From the NCBI GenBank assembly GCA_977016875.1, contig CDRNST010000287.1:124001-188000 (forward strand): DNA of 64,000 nucleotides. The letters are read 5' to 3'. The position numbers were made by a program, and so were the translations under genes. Each line of letters opens with the position of its first letter. The stretch's first letter is position 1. This document shows positions 11,210-23,445 of this stretch, piece after piece. This DNA comes from Pavona decussata (taxonomy: Eukaryota). Under the pieces are notes generated by a model. It saw only the letters and a list, made by a program, of their open reading frames with translations, was not told the origin of the DNA and made no database searches.

Positions 11210-14200
11210 ATGCCCAACAATGAAGCTCCCGGTGCTGAGGCGCCCATTGCTGAGGCCCCCGGTGCTGAGCCCAACGAAGCGCCACGTTTTCGCCGTCCTC
11301 AAGTTTCTGCTCCAAAGCCTCTCGAAGTTGACGGCGATTGTGCTGATAATTGGAAAATATGGAAACAACGATGGGACAACTACTGCATAATCACTGGCCT
11401 CCTCGACCAACCTGAAGATTACAAGTGTGCGATGCTTCTCCATAGTATTGGAATTGAAGCCATGCGGATTTTCAATGGTCTGAAGTTCGGCGATGGTGAA
11501 GACCGAAACAAAATGGCCGATATTATTAAGAAGTTTGACCAACACTTTCTCGGACAAACCCAAGAGTTCTTTGAGCGTTTCCAATTTAACCAACGAAATC
11601 AGGAATCCGGTGAGTCGATCGACGAGTATATGTCCGTACTCAGAAACATGGCTAAAACTTGTGGGTTTTGTGACTGTATGCGTGAACTGTTGATAATGGA
11701 TCGTTTGCTACTTGGAATCTTGGATGACAAAACGCGGGAAGAACTACTCTCCACGCACGATTTAACCCTCATGAAAGCTATCGAGATCTGCCGCGCTCGG
11801 GAAGCCGCAACCCTTCACATGAAAGCTTTGAAAAGTGAAGAAATCAACAAAGTCAAGGAAACTCCAAAACAAAAGAAGCATGTGAAGCACAGGGACCCCA
11901 CTAAGAGCAAACCTCGCCAAACAGAAGACCCACGCACAGTCACGAAGAAGTGCCATTTCTGCACTCAAGTTCATGTTATGAGAAAGGAATCTTGCCCTGC
12001 CTGGGGAAAGTTGTGCACATCCTGTGGTGGAAAGAACCATTTCTCTGCTTCAAGGAAATGTAAACGTCGAAGCGTTCATGGTGCGATGGATGACTACGCC
12101 TCTGACTCATCGAACAGTAGCACTGGAACTATCAGCGCTATAACAGCTGAGCTGTGTCACGATGTTAATTCTGTACAACCCCAGCACCAACTGATCTACT
12201 GCGAAATGGAGATTAACCAACAACCTGTGAAGCTTCAGGTTGACTGCGGTGCAACTGTTTGCATTCTGCCCAAACGTTACCTTGGAAACCTCCAAATTCG
12301 CCCTGAGATTGTCAACCTTCAGATGTGGAACAAGTCGTCTGTTAAAGCCCTCGGTAAATGCAAAGTGTACGTCAGAAACCCTGCTACAAAGCAAAAGTTC
12401 AAGGTTGACTTTGCCGTGGTTGACAAGGATCTCACCCCACTGCTCAGTGGCAATGCAGCGCAGGCAATGGGTCTCATCACAGTAAACTATGACAACTTCA
12501 AGGTGGTTAACACTGTCTCCTCAGCTGATCACTACTATGTTCAGCAGTTTCCTGATGCCTTCAAGGACACACCAGGCACTCTTCCTGGCAAGAAGGTACA
12601 CTTGACCACTGAGGATGGAGCCATCCCGGTCGTGCGTTGTGCTCGTACCCTCCCGGAAGCTAGGAAGGACGTTGTTAAAGCTGAACTTCAGCGACTCGTA
12701 AACGAGGCAATAATCGTACCAGTAGACGAGCCCACTGACTGGGTCAGTCAAATGTCCGTAGCTGAGAAGAAGTCTGGCATTCGCATCTGCATAGACCCCA
12801 GGCCACTCAATGAGGTGCTAAAGCGTGAGCACTACAAGCTCCCAGTCCTAGAAGATGTCCTACCAGAGCTCACCTCAGCCTGCAAGTTTTCAGTATGTGA
12901 CCTCAAGTCAGGCTACCTCCACTGCGAACTGGACTACGAGTCGAGCCTGCTGACCTCCTTTGCAACTCCATTTGGGCGTTACCGCTGGCTCCGCCTCCCA
13001 TTTGGCTTGAAAGTAAGCAGTGAAATCTTCCAGAAGAGGCTCCATCAAGCCCTGGAAGGTCTAGAAGGCGTCCGCTGCATAGCCGACGATGTAATCATCT
13101 GGGGTCGCACAGATGATGAACACGATGACAGAGTTCGCCTCTTCCTCCAACGCTGTTGCGAAATTGGAATCTCCCTGAACAAAGAGAAGTGTCGCTTCGG
13201 TTTGCACGAAATTCCGTTCATGGGCCATGTCGTCAGCAACACCGGCCTTAAACCTGACCCATCTAAGATAGAAGCTGTCGTGAAGATGGACGCTCCAACC
13301 AACAAGGCAGGTGTCGAAAGGCTTAAAGGAACTGTGAACTATTTATCAAAGTTCGTTCCCAAACTCTCTGAAATAATGCGACCTATCAACGACCTCACTC
13401 GTCCCGACACTGAATGGACTTGGGACTCTGTTCATGACAAAGCCTTTGAGGAACTCAAGCACCAACTAACGCAAGCACCAGTGCTGGCCTACTTCGACCC
13501 AACCAAAGAATTATCTATACAGTGCGATGCTAGCGGGCAAGGTCTAGGAGCGGCACTCCTTCAAGAAGGACAGCCACTAGCATATGCCAGCAGAGCCCTA
13601 AGCGACACCGAGACCAGATATGCTACCATCAAGAAGGAAATGCTGGCCATTGTGTTCGCCCTGGAAAAGTGGCACCAACACACCTTTGGACGACCTGTCA
13701 CGGTATATTCTGATCACAAGCCCCTAGAGGCCATCACAAAAAAACCACTTGACAGAGCTCCCAAGCGTCTTCAAGGGATGCTGGTACGGGCCCTAGCCTA
13801 CGACATCAAAGTACAGTACCTCAATGGCAAAGAAATGTTCCTAGCAGACACCCTTAGCAGGGCATTTGTTCCCAAAGCCAGTGAAGATGCGCAAGACGAG
13901 TTTGAAACCATCAACGCCCTCACGTACCTAGTCATGTCTGATGAGAGAATTCGTGAGATCTGCCAGCACACCAGCAATGATCCGGCTCTACAACAGCTGA
14001 AGCGGACTATTCAAGAAGGCTGGCCTGACGACAAACTAGCACTATCTCCCCTCGTTACACCTTACTTCAGCATTCGTGATGAATTAGCAGTCACCGATGG
14101 CTTGGTCTTCCGTGGAGAAAGACTGGTGATCCCCAAGAGCATGAGATCAGAAATTAAGAAGGACATACACAGCGGTCACCAAGGTGTTGAGTCATGCTTA

Positions 14201-15313
14201 CGAAGGGCACGCGAACATGTATTCTGGCCCGGGATGAACAAAGAGCTGAAGGAGTGGATCCAAACCTGTGGAACATGCAGAGAATTTGAGCAGACCCACT
14301 GTAAGGAGACACTTATGAGCCATGACATTCCCGAGAGAGCATGGGAGAAGATCGCTGCTGATCTGTTCACCTACAAGAACAGAGACTATCTCATCACAGT
14401 CTGCTACAGGTCCAACTTCTGGGAGTTAGACCGCCTGTACGACTCCAAGTCTTCGACTGTCATTAAGAAGCTAAAAGCTCACCTCCCCAGATATGGTATT
14501 CCTAAACAGTTGGTTAGCGATAACGGCCCCCAGTTTGATTCCAATGAATTCAAGAAGTTCACCAAGAGCTAGGGCATCGAGCACACGACAACCTCACCCC
14601 ATCACAGCAAAGCCAATGGCAAAGTGGAGTCAGCGGTGAAAGTTGCCAAGCGAATGCTATGCAAGACTACCAAGTCAGGAGAAGACCAGTACTTGGCCCT
14701 GCTTAACATCAGAAACGTACCCACACAAGGCGTAGACAGCAGCCCAGCCCAAAGACTTCTGGGGAGAAGAACCAGAACCCTATTACCAACCACACAGTCC
14801 TTGCTCGAGCCGAAGAATCCAGTAAGTTCTCATGAATCTGAGCAACTACGCCTAAACCAAATGAGGCAGGCGAAATATTACAACGGCTCTGCTCATGACC
14901 TGCCTGTACTGAAGGCAGGTGACACTGTTCGCATGAAACCATTTGTGCTTGGTCAGAAATCATGGGACAAAGCTGAAGTGACCAAAAGGCTTGACGAGAG
15001 ATCTTATGAAATTCAGTCAGCTGGAACCACCTACAGACGCAACAGACAGCACCTGGTCAAGACTGCTGAACCCTCTGTCCAGCCGGACATCTCTGAACAA
15101 CCCAGACCTGACACAAACGTTGGAAGTGACCAGTCAGCCCACCAGCAATCTCAAGCCCCTGCTGTGCAGGCCAGTCCAGAGCAGGAGCATGTGCAGACCA
15201 GTCCAAGGACACACCCTACAGGAGAGAAAGGCGCTACAACCTCCCCTAGGCGCACCCGTTCCGGACGCATCATAAGAGAACCAGCGAAGCTAAGCGACTA
15301 TGTCAGGATTTGA
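11210..15313 (+). pseudogene. Single-frame gag-pol polyprotein (Gag, protease, RT, RNase H, integrase) with one premature TAG at 14570-14572
   Basis: Gag zinc knuckle CTSCGGKNH, protease VDCGA, RT LPFGL and IADD, RNase H CDAS...SDHKPL, integrase HSGH...CGTC, SDNGPQF, and NGKVESAV in the same frame after the stop. Confidence 0.93.
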
Positions 15314-15489
15314 ACTGTTCTCTTTGCAAGACACATTGAGACTTTGACAGCGCATTTCATGTTGCTGCCAATTGACTGTGAACACTATAGTACAAAGTTG
15401 TTGTTGTTATTTTTTTTCCTACCACTTATTACTCGCCATTTCTAGGTTATTAGGAAAATTTTGTTTAAAAAAAAAAAAAATGGGGAGGA

Positions 15490-15661
15490 TGTTACAATAT
15501 TGTTATTGCGTGACACTGTCACAGCCTCGTGGCATGCCTACGTCACAGTCTCGTTTTCAAAAAAAACTTTCTTGTTGAACCGCCATCTTGAATGTGAGCT
15601 AATCTTCTTCTCTCATCGTCTGTTCGTCCGCTAAGGAAGACTACGCGTTCAACCCGTCACA
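15490..15661 (+). repeat. 3' LTR, preceded by a polypurine tract (...TGGGGAGGA ending at 15489)
   Basis: Direct repeat of 10867-11038. Confidence 0.95.
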
Positions 15662-15833
15662 AAAACAGTAATGGTCGACAGATTATTCGTGTTTTTCGGC
15701 CAGCTATTTTAGCATGGTTGAGCATATATCGGTCAAATTTAGAGCAATACACCTTTTTTGAACATAGTAAATAATGTGGCGTTAAAAAATACTTAAAAGA
15801 AATGCATCAAATTTCGTCGTAGTGGCACTTTAA

Positions 15834-16095
15834 TGGTGTGGCGGGCTGCTTCAAACAAAAAACTGAGCATGGACGAGTGGATGAGTGTCTTGGACAATGT
15901 TGCTAAAGCACTACAGCACATTCACTTCAAAGGGTACTTACCCAATGACCTCAAAGCAAACAATGTGGTGTTAGAGAGAAGGTATGACATGCAGTTCAAT
16001 GCAGTCATCATAGAATTTGGTAAAAGTACGAAGATCGACTTGCCGGAGCCAAAGAAAACCCTGTCAAAATTGGAGCACAAGATTTATAGACAAAC
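15834..16095 (+). pseudogene. Protein kinase domain fragment (subdomains VIa-VII)
   Basis: VAKALQHIHFKGYLPNDLKANNVVL (degenerate HxDLKxxN) and AVIIEFGKS (degenerate DFG). Confidence 0.7.
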
Positions 16096-17964
16096 CTATA
16101 TTCGTTCGGTAAATTGATTGAATTTGTCTGTCAGAAAGCAGATTTAAACCTGGGCATGAAATGCTTGTTATTGAAGAATCTGGCTTTGTCAGAGAACGCT
16201 GTATCTAGGTAACAGCTCACTGAATTTGTTTTCAATTAGAATGAACTTTAAGATAATTTTTTTGATGCAAGGAACTTAACAAAGCCAACAGTGTGGGACA
16301 CTGATTCTTTGCATTCATTTAAAGTGAAATGCTGTGCAATTTTTCCAGTTATTGAGTAACATAAGTATTATAAAAGTTAGAAAAGTTCTGTTTTTAAATG
16401 CCAGTAAAAAATAGGCAAAGACAAGTCGGATTTTGATGCCGCATACAAAGTAAATTTATGGAGTCAACTGATGAATTGCGTATGGGATATTTTATGCCAT
16501 ATTTTCCCCATATATAATGGGGTAATGCTTAACCTTGTTAATTGTACTCGGATAAATGTTTTTGAAGTTTCTAAAATTAGTCATTTCTGTTGTTGGTTCC
16601 TGCTTCTGGATATTTGTCGATTATCACAAAGTTTATACTTGTTGCCCGAAAAAAAAATTCAATTAAGTCTTTTAAGAATCTGTCATCATTTAAAACTTGA
16701 TGACGAAAATCAGCCAGCATACGTGTCTGGATTTACACCTTTCTTTCGCTTGGTCTTTCTGTTCTGCTTTATTAGAGTGGTTCTTGTTACAACTCATACT
16801 GATATTTAGTTAAAAAAATTTACCTAAGCAGCAGGGACCCACATCCTGAGTCGAGTTAAGCTCATCATGAATCTTCAAAACAAGCTTTTTAAAATTTTAA
16901 AACTCGTTAAGATGGCTGCCTTTGCCGTGAAATTCATTTTTACTGTCCAGGCCACTTTCTCATTACTCATGTACAGTGCATTCTACAGTGGTCAAAAGAA
17001 AGCAGTGTGATGTGTGGCAGGAAGTCAGAAACGTGTTGTTTTCAAAAGGAAGAAGCGTACGCTACAACTTTGAGTTAAATTTGCGAAGGGTATAGAAGGG
17101 CTCTCCAGGACTACAGATCCACTGAGAAGACATTTCACCATGTTAGTGGAATTCAACGTTTTCAGTGCTTGTTTTGCTGTAGTTTTTAAATTGATTTTCT
17201 GCATTTACTAACTATAATGGGCTTTCAATGTTAGGTAACTTTACCTCGAAAATAAAATGTTAACCTTAAGCCGTTTTTTCTTTGTTTGAACGTTAATAGA
17301 CATGAATCTCAACAACCAAGGAAGAGCTCCTACAAAGAAATGCCAAATCACAAAAATGCAGAGAGTGCAGAGAGTATTAGTAGTGGCAGGTAGATGCTAG
17401 CGGTGATAATTTTAACAAACGAAATCTTTGTACATGCACAAATGGAAGAAAATTTTAAGATCTTATCAGAAGGTAAGTTGACATGCACTTCAAATTTATT
17501 TCTCCACCCCTACCTCGATAACATTATAGTTAAATGCATGGAAGGTGTGAGCACAGCTTTCATAAAATCCACATTTTCGGAGTCATATTGAGGCTTTAGA
17601 GGTTCTGAGGAATTTAAAAGAATTCATACTGTAGAATGAAATCCCACCTACGTTTCAAGCCCCATTGGACAGGGTTTTAACAAGTCTCCCGCTAGTGTAA
17701 CCCCTAGGCACTTTTCCACATGATATGAACCACAAGTGCTTAGCTCTTAACAAACTTAATAAATCATTCCTCACTTTGTACTGTACTCTGGCAACAGAAA
17801 CCTCGTCAAGAAAAACAGCCTGGTAAGTCTAGTTTTACCAACCTTTCCTGGTAAGCCTAGTTCAAAGTTACCTTTAAAGACTGGTAAGCATTGTCAGTCA
17901 GGGTTCCCCAGGCTTTTCTGGTCAGTCTGGTTCTAAAAGATTATCCGAAATGCCAGGTAAGGCA

Positions 17965-20265
17965 AGCCTCCCTCGTAGAAGCTCTTTTGGCTAGTCACGC
18001 AATCCCTCCTCCCCAACGAATGTCTGCTGGTCCAGGCAGTGAATTCCTTTCCCATTTTTTGCAAATATCAGTTGGAGAGCAGGTGCACTTCAACTGTGAG
18101 CAAGTTGGCGCTAAGTTGTTGTTTAGTAAAAAGCCAATCAGAACAGGTCAACAGGTAGGGATTAAATTTCCCAAGAGTATATTCTGCCACTAAATATTTT
18201 CATGTATGCAAACTTACTCCAAATCATTACTTCATGTATGAAAGAAACACCGAAAAAAGGCATCGCAAATAACTGCTTTCTTTGTAGTAGCCCTTAGATT
18301 CCTTCTGGTAGAGTACATGTCTTTGGAAAGAGTTGGTCTGCATCTCAGGCCTCATTGAAGAAGCTGCGGAAATTGATGCAAGTTTGTTATCCGTCAAAAC
18401 CACTAGTCGCCTCAAATAGCTGTAGCTAACTGCGAGCATTCCTTATCTTCTCTGTGTATGTGATTAAATCTTTTATAAACTTGAACTTGAAACTTGTCTG
18501 TTTTTGTCGAGCGACCTGTTTGTATGCAGTAACTGTAAAAAAGCTCAAAGGGTGAGTAAAGCGCCCTTTGTCATTTATTGACCACACTATCACTAGAGAA
18601 GAGGAAAAATCGCCGAGCTTGGCATTGATCAAAGCTTCTTTGAAAAGCTCAAGTCTTTATAAGATGTATTGCATCTGACCTTTTCTTCTGGGCTCAGAGT
18701 AAAAGACATCGACGGCACAAACCACCAAAGTTTACTTAAGAACGTGGCGCAAGACAACTGGAGAGCTGCTGTTAACATCATCTCCAAGCATCCTGCCTCC
18801 AGGAATTTTTGAAAGAAGCAGTATGATTTACGATCTTTTGGAAAGTTAAAGACTATTCCCATTCGACTACATCTGTCCTGAAATACACTGCACCTTTGGA
18901 ACTAGCTTCTTTTTTAAACACGCTTGTCCATCATGAGGTAAAAACAATGTGTCCCATGTGGAACAGTGCTTTGGAAGGAGCTTTAGGGCCTTGCAAAAAC
19001 GAGACAAAGATATGAGAGATACCAACTAGTGCCCTGTGCACCACGGCTGCTGCTAAGTTTCGAAATTCCAGAATGTCAGCTTTTGCTCACAGTGTTTCAG
19101 TGATTTTGCCTTACAGTGGTGCTAAACTCACGAATTCGTGCAATTGAATTGATTGGGCATTTGTATGTCTCACAAAGAAACAATTGCAATGCAGAAACAA
19201 AAGGCAAAAACACGATTCCTTTATGCTTATCTGGAAAACGGAGCTTGAATTGTCCAAGAAGTGTGAACTGCTCCCACGAGAAATCAAGTCAAAGCAAGTG
19301 CCTGTGTATGCTGAGGATGACATGGAAGTGGAAGTATTGTTGGACCTGTATAGGTATTCGCAAATTGTAAAATAATGATAATAATTTCTTGAAAATTATT
19401 ATGTTGTTAGTAAATGTTTGTACTTGCATTAAAACTTAAAAAAGGTATTGTTGGACCTGACAATCACAACTATTGCTAGTTACACAAATTACTCACGGGA
19501 GGTGTTTTTCAAACGCTTACATGTAATTCAGGATGTGCTTATTGCGGCCCAGCGCGATGAAACAACAGAGGCAACAATGGGACAAGCTGTCACAAGAATG
19601 TCCGGTGAATTTTCGTCAATGCCAAAGTACAGGTATGAATCAAAGCTATAATAATCTTAATAGATTTACTACAAATTATTTATATATTTCATGGTTTTGA
19701 GCCCTGGACGTAGCCAGCACTGTAGAGAACAATGTATGGTAATGATCCCAGCTATCCAAAGCAGAATTTAATGTGTACAATTTTATTCCACAATTATATC
19801 AGAGGTGTAATCTCAATGACAATTATTTTGGCTTATAATGTATTACCTATCAATGAAAATTTCAAGTATTTTATTAAGAGGAAAATAACGATTGGGTAGC
19901 ATTTCCTCCATGGTTTGCATCAATCAGCACACTTACTTAGGTTAAGAAACAGTTTATTTCTGATGCAATTCACAGAATTGTGGTTGATAGCTTTGACATG
20001 AAAATTAAGTCCAGGATCCAGACTAAGCAGCATTCAAACCAATCCATTCATTGGACTAACCATTAGACGATGGCATCAGACGACCTCTCACTACAAAACC
20101 TGCCACCAACAGCTTCTGTGCAGAAAGATTTCAAATATGATTGTTCAGTGTTAGTGGCTCGAGTGGCTACCAAGTACATACCTGCTTTTCAGTAGCTAAA
20201 AGATGTGGTTGCACAACATATCTCCCACCCTTATCTTGAAGAGATGTCAAGAAAATCTGAATAAG
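17965..20265 (+). mobile_element. Degenerate Academ-type transposon: terminal remnant plus transposase fragments
   Basis: Broken frames give AAAKFRNSRMSAFAHSVSVIL...LGICMSH (~19050-19180) and IVVDSFDMKIKSRIQTKQHSNQSIHW...LVARVATKYIPAF...HISHPYLEEMSRKSE|GT (~19970-20265), typical Academ transposase blocks. Confidence 0.7.
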
Positions 20266-21099
20266 TGAGTTTTATAATTCTTTTTATAAAAGCTACTAGA
20301 TGCAATTTAACAAATCGATGTCATGTTTTCCTTTCTTGTTTGTTAGCTCATGAGAGTTTGTACATTGGCATCAGTAAATCAATCTAGCAAGAGGCATAAT
20401 GCAAGAAACATACTATCGCACATTATTAGTAGAGTCAGGGAGTTCTTTCATAAATTATTTGAGAAAAGTATTTGCAAAAAGCAAAGAATCTGCCTTTCTG
20501 GCCCCTACCTTTTTTTTCTAGTTAGATTTTCAGTTTAGGTTCTACATGTATCTGCTGTTAAAGTTTCAGAAGATTTAACCAAAGGAAATTGAAAAAAAAA
20601 ATCAAAGCCTATTACACACTTACAAACGCCTATGTTTGAGTAGTTTTAACTCGAGACAGAAAGGCACAATTCTACCAGTAAGGGTTCAAGGACACAGTTT
20701 TGTTCTTGATTGTTACATTTTCAGTGATTTCATTGAATTGGTAGAAAGAAAACTAGAAAACTGCCTTTCAATTATTGTGTAACATAGTACATGTCATATT
20801 ATAAGGGAAAACCCTATGGAGCCACCTTTACTGAAGATAGGTAACGATTGTTTTTTTTTTTTTTTTTTAAATTATCAAATCTTAGTTAACTAGAAACCCC
20901 TTCCATTACCTGAACAAAACTAAATTGTATAATGTACACGTAATGTGGCCATCAGCAAATTTCTTGACTGTACCACATATCACGCTAAGGTAAAGGAAAA
21001 GCTAATGTAATTTTATTAGATGAAAGACTGAGGAGTTGTTGAATCTGATTTCTTTATTGATGTCTAGAGACTATAGCAATACCAAATGTCTAACACATA

Positions 21100-21220
21100 A
21101 CGATAGCCAGCTACTAAGAGCTTAGAGATGAGTAAGAGACAATAGGAGAAGTTTCGCCTTGGAGCTCGCTCCTCTAAGGGTTTGTGATCATGATTGAGAT
21201 TGTTGTTGTTGCCCTTTCAA
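21100..21220 (+). repeat. Unclassified interspersed repeat; second copy at ~32033-32152
   Basis: ATAGCCAGCTACTAAGAGCTTAGAGATGAGTAAGAGA...GTTGCCCTTTCA is present at both positions. Confidence 0.75.
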
Positions 21221-21785
21221 ACCAAAAACGAATGAGGCCAGTAGTCAGCCCTAAAGAATATGACTTGATAAGGGATTTATCAAATGGCTATGGTACAGCA
21301 AAACATTTTGTTTTGGTAACTCCACTCACGAAAAATACGTCTCTCTCCCCAGCTTTGGTGACCGAACACGACTAACAATTTGATTCATTTCAGGGGTGGA
21401 TCCATGATTTTTCTCAGGAAGGGTGCAGCATCAAGTCTACAGGATACCCATGAATAGGACAAGTGAAGATGAGGCACGCAAAATGTCTGCTCTGACCAAT
21501 AAGAGAGCTAATTCTCCAGACTTCAGTGCCAAACTACCATTTTTGGCTATTCAACCTTGTCTGGTGTACTTCGACACCAATAAACCACATTTTTTTCTTT
21601 TGCAGAATACCGGTTGTATAAGAAAGCCGTGTCATTTTAGAGGAGGGGGTGCATCCCCTGCACACTTCCCCCAGATCCGCCTCTGCATGTGACCCACTTG
21701 CACAATAATCCATATAATAAACTACATTCTTATCCATTGCATAGCCTTTACAGGGTCATAATATTGTTTCTTTGTTTTTTAATAG

Positions 21786-22263
21786 TTTGGTAACAAAGTT
21801 GGCAAGGGCCAGTTCAGGGGAAAGTCCCTACCCACTTATGTGTACCCTGGATGTTTGAAAAACATCATTAGGGAAAAACTGTCTGAAGAGCTGAGGAATA
21901 CCCAAATCCTGAAACTCCTGCGGTAAGAATTATTATGTTGAGAAATAAATGTTAGTACCTGGCCCACCCCATACCTTCCATCTGTTAACTCCACTGTTAC
22001 ATCTTTGCTTCTCAAAAGCAGGTTGTATTAAAAGAAAAAAGCTTCCCATTTTGATTTTTCAGTTTCAGGCATTGAAAAAAAAATAGTCACATTATCTCAT
22101 GCCTCTTTATATCTCTCTCTCAGGGTTTTTTGATGGACATGTCATTATTCATATAAAAAGGTTTCGAATTCCCACCACCAAACTAACATTGCACTTTTTT
22201 TGAATTTCAGGCTTACAAGGTCACGATGTCAGACTTATTCACAGCGAAATGGCCTGGAGATAA
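21786..22263 (+). pseudogene. Accessory gene of Kolobok copy A (last two exons)
   Basis: AG|FGNKVGKGQFRGKSLPTYVYPGCLKNIIREKL...|GT and AG|AYKVTMSDLFTAKWPGDK*. Homologous to copy B exons at 36770-37308. Confidence 0.6.
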
Positions 22264-23022
22264 ATGAAGTTACACTTTTTTTTCTATTACACTTATTTTT
22301 TTAATTGTTTTATTCTAAAATTGCATTCAATAATCTACTGCATTTCCGCTCATCTTTTCTACAAAAATGTGACTAATCATGGTATATATTTGGAAATAGA
22401 TATGTGCTTTCAAAATTCCTGGTATAATTATTATGCTTTTTCCAATTAACAGTAATCAATCTTTCTTAATCCACGTAATTGGTCTTGGAAATACATCCGT
22501 CTTTTTAATGTTCACTTCCAAAAGGCACTCCTTTGTGGTGCCAATGGTCAATCTTACACTTGAATTCAAGTAATGCAGTAAAATTGCCCTTTGAGACCAT
22601 GAAAGAGAACTGTAAACTGTATCTACTCAAAATGCATGTGCATCATATCACTAACAAAAGGGTGTCTTTGATAATGGAGCAAAAAAAGTTGATTCTAAAG
22701 TAATCACTTGCCTAATATTGTCAAAACAAATTACTATTATCCCAACATCAGCCACCAATGTAGCCTGTCAGGTCTACAAATAAAATTATAATCACCATGC
22801 AATTTGTTGATGAAGAAAACAAATGAAATCAAAGAAACAAAGTTGCCCTGATGACAGTGTGGTTTACAGAGCTTCCACTGGATCCTCTTCAGGATTGTAA
22901 CAACAAAGTAATTAATTGTAACAACAAAATAATTACTGCAAATAGTAACTGGTTTACCACCTTTTCCTCAAAATGCAACATTCTCAGTTACCTATGCTGT
23001 ATTCAAATTACTGCTGAAAATA

Positions 23023-23159
23023 GGGCAGTGTAAAATGCAGACTGCTGACTGACTGTCGACTATTGTCTTTAGGGTTGAAAAACAATGGGGATATTGTTGT
23101 CATGTACTCATTTGCATGGTGAAAACAATAGTCTGCAGTCTGTACTTTTCATTGACGGC
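23023..23159. mobile_element. Small MULE-like MITE
   Basis: Imperfect inverted ends (CAGTGTAAAATGCAGACTGC / GCAGTCTGTACTTTTCATTG) flanked by GCTGAAA(A)TA direct repeats. Confidence 0.5.
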
Positions 23160-23445
23160 TGCTGAAATACATTCAGATTGAACATTTTATTGTTTCAAAA
23201 TAATCTCAGTTAATTGGGCCTATAAAAGTTCTTGGACACTGGCTATCTTAGTCAAGAATGAATTGTTTTGCCACAGTTGATCCAATTTAGAATGGTTAGA
23301 TTACTGTAAATGACGATAACAAAGCAAGAATAAATATTCCATAAAAGGGCTTACAGAAAAGCAGTGTCACAAAAATTCTTCAGCCAGATAATTTTGGTCA
23401 CTGTAACTGTTATCAAAAAAGGAAAGTCTTATTTGAGCAAAAGCC

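Larger units (their letters stand above)
10867..15661 (+). mobile_element. Full-length Gypsy (Mag-like) LTR retrotransposon
   Basis: 172-bp TG...CA LTRs at 10867-11038 and 15490-15661, 4 mismatches counted by eye. 5-bp TSD AAAAC (10862-10866, 15662-15666). PBS, PPT and gag-pol present. Confidence 0.97.
10190..15829 (-). mobile_element. Kolobok element remnant (one terminus retained) interrupted by the Gypsy insertion
   Basis: The terminus reads TTAA|AGTGCCACTACGACGAAATTTG on the minus strand (TTAA 15830-15833). It is contiguous across the Gypsy TSD with the upstream region of the KolX-like gene. Confidence 0.55.

Noticed and set aside
14570-14572. TAG between two in-frame pol ORFs as programmed readthrough
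   Set aside because: It lies inside the integrase core where Trp is expected (KS*GIEH), so a TGG>TAG mutation is more likely. Programmed readthrough occurs at gag-pol or pol-env borders.
15834-16117. Functional kinase gene
   Set aside because: Isolated fragment with altered HRD and DFG motifs, cut by a Kolobok terminus.
21391-21685. hAT-like MITE (CAGGGGTGGATC...GATCCGCCTCTG)
   Set aside because: TIR-like ends are visible but the 8-bp flanks do not match, so it was not listed as a feature.
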